NCBI GenBank assembly: GCA_963719505.1
Contig: CAVRCF010000005.1
Coordinates: 672,001 to 736,000, forward strand
Source: Halobacteriovoraceae bacterium
Lineage (GTDB): Bacteria; Bdellovibrionota; Bacteriovoracia; Bacteriovoracales; Bacteriovoracaceae
Length of the DNA: 64,000 bases
Reading direction: 5' to 3'
Part shown: in pieces, positions 8,930-21,329 of the stretch
How positions within the stretch are numbered: the first letter of the stretch is position 1
Layout: each line of letters begins with the position of its first letter
The notes under the pieces: model-generated
What the model saw: the letters and a program-made list of their open reading frames with translations, nothing else
Told to the model about the DNA's origin: nothing
Database searches by the model: none
Translations under genes and position numbers: made by a program

Positions 8930-11227
8930 CTAAAAAAATGCCAACTGGTCCCCAAGAGCGATTGAGTCAAAAGACTTATTCATCGTGAACAAAACTTGAT
9001 CGGCCAGTGGCTTTATCTGTTTATCAATATAGTATTCGTAATCAATACTGGATGGGTTATTTTGAATAGGCTCAGGTCCGTTGACTGTCATCTTATAAGA
9101 GACCTCTTTTAGTCTATAGGGTCCCTTGTGATCAATTAACAGAGCAGCTTTTACATGGGGGGGAATATTTTTGTCATATTCTTTTGGATCCTTTGAAAGC
9201 CTTTTGGTTATGACTAACAAATCATCAAATTTTCCGCTTTTGAGGTCTTCAACGTATTCTTTGATAAATGTCTCCAAAGACTGTCCCATAAAATAAAATT
9301 CAAAAAGTTTATATTGAAAGTTTTTAGCAAGATCTGTCCAGTCACTTCTAACAAATTCCATTCCTGTAAACTCGAGTTCTCCTTTATGAAGTCCTACATA
9401 CCTTTTTTTAGCTCCTAGATTCGATCCACGAGCTTGAGAAAAGAAAACTTTTGAATAGATTTTTTCAAGCTCAAGTTCCAATTTTGATTCAACGGAAAAT
9501 TCTTCTTTAATAAGTCTTTTGAGAAAATCGTTGGCCTTAAAAGCGATATCTTTGGCAAATTTTTCATCTTTATCACCAAGCTTTATGAAAAGAGAATCTG
9601 TATCTCCATAGATCACTTCGAGATCTCTATTTTCAAAAAATTCAATTGTTTGCTTCAAAAGCCAATGCCCACTCTCTGTAATGGCCTTGGGTAAATCAGC
9701 GTGATAAAAGCGACAACGAATAGAGCCCATCAATCCATAGAAGCTATTCATAAGAATTTTTATCGCTAAGTTAAGAGGCTTATTCTGTAGCGCCTTTGCC
9801 TTTTCCCTTTTTTCCATCAAACCTGTGATGATAGCGGGGAGAATATTCTCTGTCTGGGAAAACTTTATCCCTACTGGAGTTCTCACACTATTGGTCTGGG
9901 CCATATATCTGGCCAGTGGATCGATGGAGAAAGTTTGAATGATGGAAGGATAAAGACTCTTGAAATCAAAAACAGCGATGTTGTCATGAACTCCAATTTT
10001 GGGCTCTATTACCATTCCACCCGAACCTTGCTCATCTCTATCGAGATCCGAGGAATTTGAAGCGACAAAGCCTCTGCGGTGAAGCTTTGGCAAATAAACA
10101 AAATCAAGCGCAGCTGTCGATATTCCAAGCCTTCCAAGGAGAAGTCCTGAAACCTCTACTCTATTGACCAAAAATTGGATCATACCAACTTTATGATAAA
10201 CTCTAGTAACAAGCTTGCAGTCGAGAATATTATAATGGGCCAAACTCACTTTATCTTCTTTAAATCTCCTCTCAATCTCCAGAACCTTTCCTGCATCACT
10301 GGCGATATCCTTACTTTCTCCAAGGAGTTCAGAAGCTACTGTCTCTAGCTTAAAGTTTTTAAATTGGTAAAAAGCAGATCTAAATGTTGGAGGACCATCA
10401 ATAACCACACGACCATAGATATGGGCAAAAAAACCAGCCCCTTTCTTCTCTTCTATCTTTATATCGGAGCGATCTCGTCCTAAACTCAATTTTATCCCAA
10501 GACGCAAACATTTATCTTCCAAAAACTTAAGGTCAAATCCAATAACATGCCATCCAATAATGATATCGGGGTTAATTTCATTGAATTCTTTGATAAAATT
10601 TAGAAGAAGCGTTTTTTCATCCGCGTAGAACGAGAGGTTTTCACTTACTGACTCGTTCACATCCGATAGCATATAAACAAATTCTTTCTCTATTGGTCCA
10701 GAGAAGTGAACTCCTATTGAGTAAAGAGAACCATCGACACCTGTTTCTATATCTAACGAACATATGAGAAAATTCGGAGTGGTTTGAGCAGGCTTGATCT
10801 GGGGATTGAGATAAACTGTCGTATCTCCTTCTTTTACCCCAGTCCCTTGGATGCTGAGTCCTCCAAAAATAAATCTCTCCATGAGAAATCTATCCGTGGG
10901 CCAGACGTCATTTTCAAAGGTTCGTATTCCTTTTTCCGCTAACTCTTTTCTCAGACTATAAAAGTCGTTTGAACTTTTGCAATAGAGAGCGCTGACGCTC
11001 AATCCTTCAAGGGATGTCAAATTGACTTGTTTCATTTCAAATTTTGTTTGAAAGTTTTGTGCAAGTTTTTCAGCCTCAGCGAATAGAACAAATTTCTCTG
11101 TATCGAATTTTAAAATGACGGGGCCACTCGAAGAATGACACACGTATTGTAGAGGATAGCGATCACCATCTTTCCAATGAGAAGTAAGAATAAAAGCTGT
11201 ATTTTGATCCATACTTGTTTCTATCAC
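8930..11227 (-). CDS. polB: DNA polymerase II (family B)
   Basis: SLDIET exonuclease motif; FDFKSLYPS, KILMNSFYG, YGDTDS, KKRY. Confidence 0.95.
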   Translation of the reverse strand: MIETSMDQNTAFILTSHWKDGDRYPLQYVCHSSSGPVILKFDTEKFVLFAEAEKLAQNFQTKFEMKQVNLTSLEGLSVSALYCKSSNDFYSLRKELAEKGIRTFENDVWPTDRFLMERFIFGGLSIQGTGVKEGDTTVYLNPQIKPAQTTPNFLICSLDIETGVDGSLYSIGVHFSGPIEKEFVYMLSDVNESVSENLSFYADEKTLLLNFIKEFNEINPDIIIGWHVIGFDLKFLEDKCLRLGIKLSLGRDRSDIKIEEKKGAGFFAHIYGRVVIDGPPTFRSAFYQFKNFKLETVASELLGESKDIASDAGKVLEIERRFKEDKVSLAHYNILDCKLVTRVYHKVGMIQFLVNRVEVSGLLLGRLGISTAALDFVYLPKLHRRGFVASNSSDLDRDEQGSGGMVIEPKIGVHDNIAVFDFKSLYPSIIQTFSIDPLARYMAQTNSVRTPVGIKFSQTENILPAIITGLMEKREKAKALQNKPLNLAIKILMNSFYGLMGSIRCRFYHADLPKAITESGHWLLKQTIEFFENRDLEVIYGDTDSLFIKLGDKDEKFAKDIAFKANDFLKRLIKEEFSVESKLELELEKIYSKVFFSQARGSNLGAKKRYVGLHKGELEFTGMEFVRSDWTDLAKNFQYKLFEFYFMGQSLETFIKEYVEDLKSGKFDDLLVITKRLSKDPKEYDKNIPPHVKAALLIDHKGPYRLKEVSYKMTVNGPEPIQNNPSSIDYEYYIDKQIKPLADQVLFTMNKSFDSIALGDQLAFF

Positions 11228-11238
11228 AGTGAAATGAG

Positions 11239-11907
11239 TCAGTGAACTACCAACTCAAAAACTTTTTGGCCGGAATCAATAAATTTTCTCTCAAAAGGAG
11301 TAAATGCATCCTCTTCAATCTCAACCTGAGTCAACGTAGAACTTCTTGAATAGTACTGCGCAGTAAACTGTATTTCTTCAAGATAAAGGAGCCAGTTTGA
11401 TCTAAGCACTATTGAAGACTTTATATTAAACAAAAATATCGCCACAGGATTCGCTTGAAATCTTCTTTTAACATGATGTTTTTTTGGATAAGGATTAGGG
11501 TATAAAAGGTAGATCCTCTCTATTTTAAACTTATCTTGATCTTTAAAAATAAGAGGAATGAGATCGAGAAGCTCTCCACGAATGAGAAGAACATTTTTTG
11601 GTAGTTGCTCTTTAAAGTCATTTTTCCTATCCAGTCGAGAAAGAGATCGGTCAATTCCAACAATCTTGGAATCGGGATAAATCTTAGATAACTTAAACGA
11701 GCTTTCACCAACCCCGCAGCCGAGATCAAACACAACATTATGACCAGAGATAAAGTCTAGAATTTCACTCCAACATTCTCGAGAGAACTGCGCACATGGG
11801 CGTCCGTAGTTTTCAAGCGAATATTTATCTAAATACTCTGCAAGCTTTTCATGAATTCCATTTTGATTTGATAGAACTTCGTTTGAATTTCCTTGATTAA
11901 CACTCAT
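11239..11907 (-). CDS. TrmB-like SAM-dependent methyltransferase
   Basis: FDLGCGVGES, GIDRS, LLYPNPYPKKHHVKRR, TPFERKF. Confidence 0.8.
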   Translation of the reverse strand: MSVNQGNSNEVLSNQNGIHEKLAEYLDKYSLENYGRPCAQFSRECWSEILDFISGHNVVFDLGCGVGESSFKLSKIYPDSKIVGIDRSLSRLDRKNDFKEQLPKNVLLIRGELLDLIPLIFKDQDKFKIERIYLLYPNPYPKKHHVKRRFQANPVAIFLFNIKSSIVLRSNWLLYLEEIQFTAQYYSRSSTLTQVEIEEDAFTPFERKFIDSGQKVFELVVH

Positions 11908-11930
11908 AATAAATTGTACATTAATGACTT

Positions 11931-13136
11931 ATGCAGACAAGTCTTAACGATAAAATCACATTTATTATGCTCATAGGCAGTTCACTTCACCGCTACGGGG
12001 CCAGTGCAGATAGAGTTGAGAAAGCGTTAACTCTTATTGCATTAAAGCTCAATATTGAATCTCAGTACTTCGCTTTTCCAACGGGTATCTTTGCAAGCTT
12101 TAAAGAAGAAGGTCACGAGCAAACACGTATGGATAGATTGGATCCAGGAAAGATCAACCTGTCGAAACTTCTCTATGTCGATGAGATCGTGGATCAGGTT
12201 CTATGGAATGAGATTAAAATAACTGAGGGCACACAAAAAATAAGAAAGATCACAAGCAAGCTTCCTCTTTACAATAATTATTTAGTGACCCTCTCCTATG
12301 GACTTTTAGGTTTCGCTATCGCTATGTTTTTAAAAGGTACTCTTTTAGATGCGGGTCTCTCTCTCATTTTGGCCTCGGTTTTGGGCTTTTTCACAGAAAC
12401 AGTTAAAGAAGAGAGAATTGACTCAATCGTTGAGGGAATCGTCTCTTTTTTTGTAGCGCTTACCACTTTATACCTGGGCTCTATTTATCATATTAATATA
12501 AATATAGTGATTCTCTCTTCCATCATCATGTTAGTGCCTGGCCTTATGTTGACATTGGCCATTGGAGAACTTGCCTCTCAAAACCTAACGGCAGGGACAG
12601 CCAGAATAATGGGCTCTTTGGTGATCCTTCTCAAAATCTCTTTTGGGGTCTATCTCGCTTATCAAGTCTCTCGCTACTTTAATCTGAAGATTCTAGTGGG
12701 AACGATAGCAACTCCAAGCCTATCAGTAATGATAGTCTCTTTAACCCTTGCTGGAATTGGATTATCTTTGTCATTTCAAGCGAGAGTTCAAGAGTTTTTC
12801 TGGATTATCCTTGCGGCATTTTTAAGCTATTTTAGCTCTCAGTTCTTTCTGGATCTTTTTGGACACACTGCGGGTTATCTTTGTTCAGGAGCTTTTATTG
12901 GCTCGTTGAGTAATCTCTATTCTAGAGTCATGAACAGACCTGCTCTTATCTTTTTACTTCCGGCCATTATTTTGTTGGTTCCTGGAAGTATTGGGTTTAA
13001 AGGACTGAACTTACTTTTTGACAGAAACGTCCTCGAGGGCTTTAACTCTATTTTTAATATGGTAACGATTGGAATCTCTTTAGTCAGTGGAACTTACTTT
13101 GGAGCCCTCTTAATAAAACCAAGACGCTCAATCTAA
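11931..13136 (+). CDS. ThrE-family threonine/serine exporter
   Basis: LHRYGASADRVE, MLVPGL, LLVPG; about 10 TM segments. Confidence 0.88.
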   Translation: MQTSLNDKITFIMLIGSSLHRYGASADRVEKALTLIALKLNIESQYFAFPTGIFASFKEEGHEQTRMDRLDPGKINLSKLLYVDEIVDQVLWNEIKITEGTQKIRKITSKLPLYNNYLVTLSYGLLGFAIAMFLKGTLLDAGLSLILASVLGFFTETVKEERIDSIVEGIVSFFVALTTLYLGSIYHININIVILSSIIMLVPGLMLTLAIGELASQNLTAGTARIMGSLVILLKISFGVYLAYQVSRYFNLKILVGTIATPSLSVMIVSLTLAGIGLSLSFQARVQEFFWIILAAFLSYFSSQFFLDLFGHTAGYLCSGAFIGSLSNLYSRVMNRPALIFLLPAIILLVPGSIGFKGLNLLFDRNVLEGFNSIFNMVTIGISLVSGTYFGALLIKPRRSI

Positions 13137-13150
13137 CAAAAGCCTAGGCT

Positions 13151-16064
<2,914 letters not shown>

Positions 16065-16088
16065 AGGCCCTTGAACTTTCAAGGACCT
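16065..16088. terminator. Hairpin between convergent genes
   Basis: AGGCCCTTGAA-CT-TTCAAGGACCT. Confidence 0.6.
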
Positions 16089-16103
16089 TAACTTAAATGC
16101 TAA

Positions 16104-16325
16104 TTATTCAGCAGCTTGTTCTGTAGCTTCTGGAGAAGCTTCTTCAGTTGGAGCTTCAGCAGCAGGCTTTGCAGCAGCTTTAGAAACTTTGATAAATCCA
16201 CCTTCAGCTAGGATTGTAGACTTCTCATCTCCGTTGATCCACTTGTTGTTTTTGTTTTTAACACCAAAACGACCACTTCTTTTTTTGTAAACTGTGTTTT
16301 TTCCGATTTTCTTTACTAATTCCAT
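16104..16325 (-). CDS. Small hypothetical protein (basic N-terminus, Ala/Glu/Pro tail)
   Basis: AAGGAG RBS; YKKRSGRFGVK, WINGDEK. Confidence 0.8.
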   Translation of the reverse strand: MELVKKIGKNTVYKKRSGRFGVKNKNNKWINGDEKSTILAEGGFIKVSKAAAKPAAEAPTEEASPEATEQAAE

Positions 16326-16392
16326 TGAATTCTCCTTACTCTAAAATTAATTTCTTGAGTTCGATAAATATGACTTAAATTAAAATTATTGT

Positions 16393-17295
16393 CTAGTTTT
16401 TAATGGGAAGGATTAAATAAAAAGTAGTTCCAATCCCCTTCGTGCTTACCACCTCTACGGATCCACCGAGCTTTTCCATATTCTGCTTCACAATCTCAAG
16501 TCCCATACCTCTTCCGGACACGATTGACGGCTGTTTTTTAGTACTCACAAAAGGAAGATAGAGAACTTGTGATTGATCCTGGACACTTACTGAATGATGC
16601 TTTTGCGCTGCTTGCAGAAGGCTTCCAAAATCAACTCCCTCTCCGTCATCATCAACAGAGATTTTTAGGGACTTAAAATCTTTAGTGATAGTCAGACAAA
16701 GTTTATTGATCTTATTTTTACCAATATTTTTTCTTTGGCTTTGCTCTAGAGCACCATGATCACAGGCATTAATCAGAATGTGAACGATTGATGAATCAAT
16801 CAATTGAAGTTGTTGTGGCTCAAGCATTATTTCTACCGTGTTGAAACTCAGAGAAATCTCTTTCTTCAGCTGTTGGCCACAGATCGTGACAAGATTTTTC
16901 CACTTGGGTAAAAGTGAGGATATACACTTTTTCTCTGGAATAAAGTTTCTTCCATTAGGTCCTTCTCTATTCTCTAACCATATTTTGAGTCTTTCATTGA
17001 AGTTTACAACAGTTTGATAAATTTTAGGGCTTAGGAGTGACTTCTCATTATTTAAAAGAAGAAGGCTCTCTGCTTCATGGGCAAAGAGTGAAAGATCACT
17101 TTGCTCCAAAGCCATGGAAGAACCTTTAATAGTGTGAATAATTCTAAAAACCTGATGAAACTTCCGCTGATCTAAATCAAATTTATCAATGTTTTCAAGA
17201 ATAGAATCTAGCTTTACTAAAGACTGAGAAACCTCTTCTAAAAAACATTCATAGAGAGAATCATTTTGGTAAATGACTAATTTTTTTTCACCCAT
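16393..17295 (-). CDS. Minimal CheA-like histidine kinase (Hpt plus HATPase only)
   Basis: FRIIHTIKG (P1 His); HILINACDHG, DDGEG, SGRGMGL; no CheW-like P5. Confidence 0.85.
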   Translation of the reverse strand: MGEKKLVIYQNDSLYECFLEEVSQSLVKLDSILENIDKFDLDQRKFHQVFRIIHTIKGSSMALEQSDLSLFAHEAESLLLLNNEKSLLSPKIYQTVVNFNERLKIWLENREGPNGRNFIPEKKCISSLLPKWKNLVTICGQQLKKEISLSFNTVEIMLEPQQLQLIDSSIVHILINACDHGALEQSQRKNIGKNKINKLCLTITKDFKSLKISVDDDGEGVDFGSLLQAAQKHHSVSVQDQSQVLYLPFVSTKKQPSIVSGRGMGLEIVKQNMEKLGGSVEVVSTKGIGTTFYLILPIKN

Positions 17296-17328
17296 TTTTC
17301 TTAAATCCTCTTTTAAGCCTTTGATTTC

Positions 17329-17355
17329 TTATCGGTTTAGAACCTCTTAAATTTA
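17329..17355 (-). promoter_or_regulatory. Sigma28 promoter of the CheA-like gene
   Basis: TAAA-N15-ACCGATAA. Confidence 0.8.
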
Positions 17356-17364
17356 AGTCCGATC

Positions 17365-17391
17365 TAAACTTATGCCTGAATTTTCCGATAA
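17365..17391 (+). promoter_or_regulatory. Sigma28 promoter of the CheY-like gene
   Basis: TAAA-N15-TCCGATAA. Confidence 0.8.
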
Positions 17392-17460
17392 GTCCTATAT
17401 CCGAGTAAAACATATTTTTAGGGCGTGTTTTATCTCATCACCGCAAAAGGAGTTCTTACA

Positions 17461-17859
17461 ATGGCTTTTGATCTAAAAAAGAAAATTCTTATTGTAGATG
17501 ACACCCCAACGATCAGAAGAGTTGTTAGTCAAATGCTCCATAGTAAAGGCTGTACGAATGTGGTTGAAGCTGAAGACGGGCAACAGGCTTGGATGATTTT
17601 AGAAAATTGTTTTCAAGAAGGTGAACCTATAGAATTTGTCATGTCTGATTGGAAGATGCCAAATCTATGTGGCCTCAGCCTGATAAAAAAAATGAAGAAT
17701 GATTCTAGGTTTTCTATGATTCCCTTTCTCATGGTCTCTGCAGAAGGTAATAAAGAAAGTGTATTAGAAGCCCATCAGGCCGGCATTACTGACTTTGTTG
17801 TAAAGCCCTTTAGTACCGACGTTCTCGATGAAAAAATAAATGAAATCTTTGCAGCATAA
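17461..17859 (+). CDS. cheY: CheY-like single-domain response regulator
   Basis: AAGGAG RBS; ILIVDD, SDWKMP, MVSAE, FVVKPF. Confidence 0.88.
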   Translation: MAFDLKKKILIVDDTPTIRRVVSQMLHSKGCTNVVEAEDGQQAWMILENCFQEGEPIEFVMSDWKMPNLCGLSLIKKMKNDSRFSMIPFLMVSAEGNKESVLEAHQAGITDFVVKPFSTDVLDEKINEIFAA

Positions 17860-17862
17860 CTG

Positions 17863-18561
17863 TTAAAAATTATCAATAAGATCGGCGTACTGTGAATCAT
17901 CAACAAATATATTTCTATTTCCCTGAATAGTCTCAATGAGATCATTTCGTCTCATCTCCTCAGCATCAACTGGATCAATTTCATTCCAAATTCTTAAGAC
18001 TATCTCTTCCTCTTTTTCAATATGACCATTGTAGCGAAGAGCAAAATAAAACAAAGCTCTTGCTACATTTCCCTTATGCTCAGCTGGCGGCTCGAAAGAT
18101 TGCTCGCCCAAAAGTGGATTGTACCCAACTTTTGATGGTGCACAGTCAGTCATTGGGCTGCTTCTATCTAAATTTGTAAAAGTATGATTGGCCCGCCTAT
18201 TATTTGCCTGAGCATCAGTTGGAAACAAATGATGCAAATCAGACTTTTGAACGACCGATCCTCTTTTAGGAAACTTGCTTTGAGGCCAGGTATGCTCAAT
18301 GTTTATGACAGCCCCGTTTGGCATTGCTTGTGGCCCCACTCTTTTTCTAATAATATTGTGACAGTAAACGTCCCTTACATAAAAGCCGTTAGAGTCTTTT
18401 TCAAGATAGATGTTTTGCAAAAGGTGGCGTTTGGCCTCTCTCCAATCTCTTACAGGTATATGCTTGTCTAATACTAATTCTCGCATTTGATCTCGAAGTT
18501 CGTTGCAAAATCCAATACTTGAATAGATAATAGCTATAATTATTAGGGCTGTGGCTCTCAA
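17863..18561 (-). CDS. Secreted endonuclease I family nuclease
   Basis: TTG start and signal peptide; NIEHTWPQS, DLHHLFP, KGNVARALFY, QGNRN. Confidence 0.9.
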   Translation of the reverse strand: MRATALIIIAIIYSSIGFCNELRDQMRELVLDKHIPVRDWREAKRHLLQNIYLEKDSNGFYVRDVYCHNIIRKRVGPQAMPNGAVINIEHTWPQSKFPKRGSVVQKSDLHHLFPTDAQANNRRANHTFTNLDRSSPMTDCAPSKVGYNPLLGEQSFEPPAEHKGNVARALFYFALRYNGHIEKEEEIVLRIWNEIDPVDAEEMRRNDLIETIQGNRNIFVDDSQYADLIDNF

Positions 18562-18781
18562 CTGACCTTCCTCTTTTAAAGTTTCACCATAGATACAACT
18601 CGTTGTGTCGAAAGAAAAGAAGAATATTTCCAGTGAGTATGATTTACAAACATAAAAACAAGCACTTAGCTTCATAGTCAGAATCTATGGAAACATAGAA
18701 AGAGAATATTTCATAAATCTCAGAAGTTCTGCGAAAATCTTTACAGAGAGTTAACAATTTCTAAAAGCAATAGGAGGCTTA

Positions 18782-19093
18782 ATGAATACACTATCAGAAG
18801 ATAACTTAGCACAAGTAGTGGCCGATAATAAAAATGTCATTGTTCAATACGGAGCTAGCTGGTGCGGCATGTGCAGACTTATTAAGCCCAAGTTTGAGCG
18901 CTTATCCCAAGAAAATGAAGGGATCACGTTTATTTATGTTGATGCTGAAGAGTTTCCGGCTTCAAGAGAATTGGCAAACATTGAGAACCTTCCAACTTTT
19001 GCGGGTTTCAAGGATGGAAAATTAGTGAAGCAAGTTACGAGCAGTAAAGAAGAAAAAATTATGGAGGTCATTAATGAGATTGCCGATCATTAA
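18782..19093 (+). CDS. Thioredoxin family protein
   Basis: GGAGG RBS; ASWCGMC; LPTF. Confidence 0.92.
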   Translation: MNTLSEDNLAQVVADNKNVIVQYGASWCGMCRLIKPKFERLSQENEGITFIYVDAEEFPASRELANIENLPTFAGFKDGKLVKQVTSSKEEKIMEVINEIADH

Positions 19094-19334
19094 AACTCTT
19101 GTCGAGTTCATTGAAAAAAATGATGAAGACTACCTGATTGAAACTGAAGAAGTTCTTGAAGCTTTAGCAGGATCAAAAGGGATAAAAGACGAAGAAATTG
19201 AAGTCATAGCTGAGATTTTATCTAATATCTCTGGGGCAAGAGAAGTTAATAAAAAATTAAAATCTGGCAGTGATAAAAAAGATGCTTTAAATGAGTTTAT
19301 GCAACGAGTACTAGGATCGATAGACAAAAAATGA
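19074..19334 (+). CDS. Small acidic helical hypothetical protein, coupled to thioredoxin
   Basis: Overlaps the thioredoxin stop; MRLPIIK..FIEKNDEDYLIET..ALNEFMQRVLGSID. Confidence 0.75.
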   Translation: MRLPIIKTLVEFIEKNDEDYLIETEEVLEALAGSKGIKDEEIEVIAEILSNISGAREVNKKLKSGSDKKDALNEFMQRVLGSIDKK

Positions 19335-19852
19335 AAACTTTATTTTCTCTACTCTTTTTAATAATAACGATGGGATGTTCAAGCGTGAGTTATAAAAAAA
19401 CAGCAAAAGATGTTGACCTACAAAAATTTATGGGAACTTGGAATGTTCAAGCTGGGCGATTTACTTTTCTCGAGCGCGATGTTCATAACGGCAAAGAAAT
19501 TTACACGTGGAATGAAAAAGAGCAGAGAATTGATATTGAGTTTACTTACAATAAAGGCTCACTTGATGGAGACGTGAAATCTGTTCCTCAAAAAGGCTGG
19601 GTTCACAATAAAAAAACGAATGCCCACTGGAAGGTATCCCCTTTTTGGCCTTTAAAATTCGACTACCTCATCATCTACCTTAGTGAAGACAAAAATTGGA
19701 CGGCAATAGGTGTTCCAAGTCAGAGCTACCTATGGGTGATGAGTAGAGAGAAAAATCCAACGAGAGAAAAAGTTGATGAGGTCTTAGAGACTGTTAAGAA
19801 ATTAGGTTACGACACAAGCTCAATTGAATATGTAGAGCACAGTAAAAACTAA
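19331..19852 (+). CDS. blc: Lipocalin (Blc-like) lipoprotein
   Basis: Lipobox MGC; VDLQKFMGTW; YLWVMSR. Confidence 0.88.
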   Translation: MKTLFSLLFLIITMGCSSVSYKKTAKDVDLQKFMGTWNVQAGRFTFLERDVHNGKEIYTWNEKEQRIDIEFTYNKGSLDGDVKSVPQKGWVHNKKTNAHWKVSPFWPLKFDYLIIYLSEDKNWTAIGVPSQSYLWVMSREKNPTREKVDEVLETVKKLGYDTSSIEYVEHSKN

Positions 19853-20230
19853 TTTTAAACACCAACCTACTGTTCTAGGCCAATTCGATCTGACTAAAGA
19901 CTTAATAAGATCATCAGATGAATCATGAATGAGTTTAGAATGGATAGGAACATTGACAAAAAAGGTCCAAGCCCAAATAAAGAGAAGTGTTAAGAAGCTC
20001 AGAACAAACCAAATATTCTTGTAAAGCGTAAGAGTTAAAACTAATCCGCTGAATAATTCGATAACCATAACAGGCATCACAACAAAAGTGACAGCACTCA
20101 TGTGAAACTGTTGAAAATCATCATATTTCTTTTTGTCAACGAAGCGAAAGCTTGGATAATGAACCACTTGTATTGTCCAAATAAGCCCAACAAGAAAAAT
20201 ATTTGAATAAAGATATAAAGTCTCAGTCAT
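19820..20230 (-). CDS. 4-TM membrane protein at the end of the photolyase operon
   Basis: GLIWTIQVVHYPSF, VPIH, NWPRT. Confidence 0.8.
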   Translation of the reverse strand: MTETLYLYSNIFLVGLIWTIQVVHYPSFRFVDKKKYDDFQQFHMSAVTFVVMPVMVIELFSGLVLTLTLYKNIWFVLSFLTLLFIWAWTFFVNVPIHSKLIHDSSDDLIKSLVRSNWPRTVGWCLKLVFTVLYIFN

Positions 20231-21329
20231 TTCTGATGGCCTCCCATGGGTCTTTGATACCAGGATTATACTTATTTAAGTAACTTAATTGGGGGTCGTA
20301 GTTTTTCATCTGTTTGACGATATTAAAAAACCTTGGTCCTCTTGAGTCAGTCCCCCAGCCAGACAAATAAAGCCAATTCCCCCAATTAGAGTATAAGTCA
20401 TAATCAATTAAAAAGAGTTGAAAAAACCAAGCCCCATACCTCCAATCAAGATCGGTACAATTTATAAGGTAGCTGGCATATATTTGACGAGATCTATTTG
20501 ACAAAGTTCCTTCATTCATAAGTTCCTTATTCATCGCCTCGATTAAAGGGTTTGCGTTCATGGCCTCTAAATATTTACTTAGATCTATTTTATCAAGATG
20601 AAAATCTCCTCCATCGAGACCTCTCGATCGAAAGAAATCACAACCGTGTTCAACGTAAAGCCAATAGAAATACTCTCTCCAAAGAAGTTCGACTTTTATC
20701 CAATACGTGGACTTATTACTCCCATTTACTTTTTCATATTGATTGACGGCTTTAACTATTTCAAAAGGATGTAATTGTCCAAGGTTGAGATACTTTGAGA
20801 AACCTGTCGAGAAATGATGTCCATGGAGTTTGTTTCGTGTCTCAAAGTATTGTGAAGCATATTTATGACTGAAATAATTTTCAAGATAACTTGTGGCTTC
20901 AGTTTTTTTTGAGCTAAATGTATCATTAAATGAAAAAGCTATAGGCTCAGCTTTTTTACGAAAAAATGAAAATGACATTTTAGGCTTAGTCTCTTTTTCA
21001 AATTCTGCATTTAATAAATAATTAAGATGTCTATGACCAGTTTTTATATTTCTAGAGGCCTCATAAAAACCCTCAAGGGATTCTCCAGCTTCGTACTCTT
21101 TATCCCAACTACCTACGACCTCAATACCGCTTGCATCGCTAAAATGTCTAAACTGATCACGCTTGTATTTATCAAAGAGAAAATGATTATCCTCAAGGCC
21201 TATAAAAGGCTGTCCCTGAAGATGAACCTCATCTCTAAAGAGTTTTACGTCGCCATTTTCTAAAATTGGGTTGATGCTAAAACGCAAAGCGTTTCTAACG
21301 ATGGTTACCATGATTCCTCTTTCGTGCAT
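20223..21329 (-). CDS. CRY-DASH-like cryptochrome with a shortened N-terminal domain
   Basis: ELLWREYF, SNRSRQ, DWRYGA, LIDYD, SNWGNW, RFFN..KQ...YDP. Confidence 0.85.
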   Translation of the reverse strand: MHERGIMVTIVRNALRFSINPILENGDVKLFRDEVHLQGQPFIGLEDNHFLFDKYKRDQFRHFSDASGIEVVGSWDKEYEAGESLEGFYEASRNIKTGHRHLNYLLNAEFEKETKPKMSFSFFRKKAEPIAFSFNDTFSSKKTEATSYLENYFSHKYASQYFETRNKLHGHHFSTGFSKYLNLGQLHPFEIVKAVNQYEKVNGSNKSTYWIKVELLWREYFYWLYVEHGCDFFRSRGLDGGDFHLDKIDLSKYLEAMNANPLIEAMNKELMNEGTLSNRSRQIYASYLINCTDLDWRYGAWFFQLFLIDYDLYSNWGNWLYLSGWGTDSRGPRFFNIVKQMKNYDPQLSYLNKYNPGIKDPWEAIRND

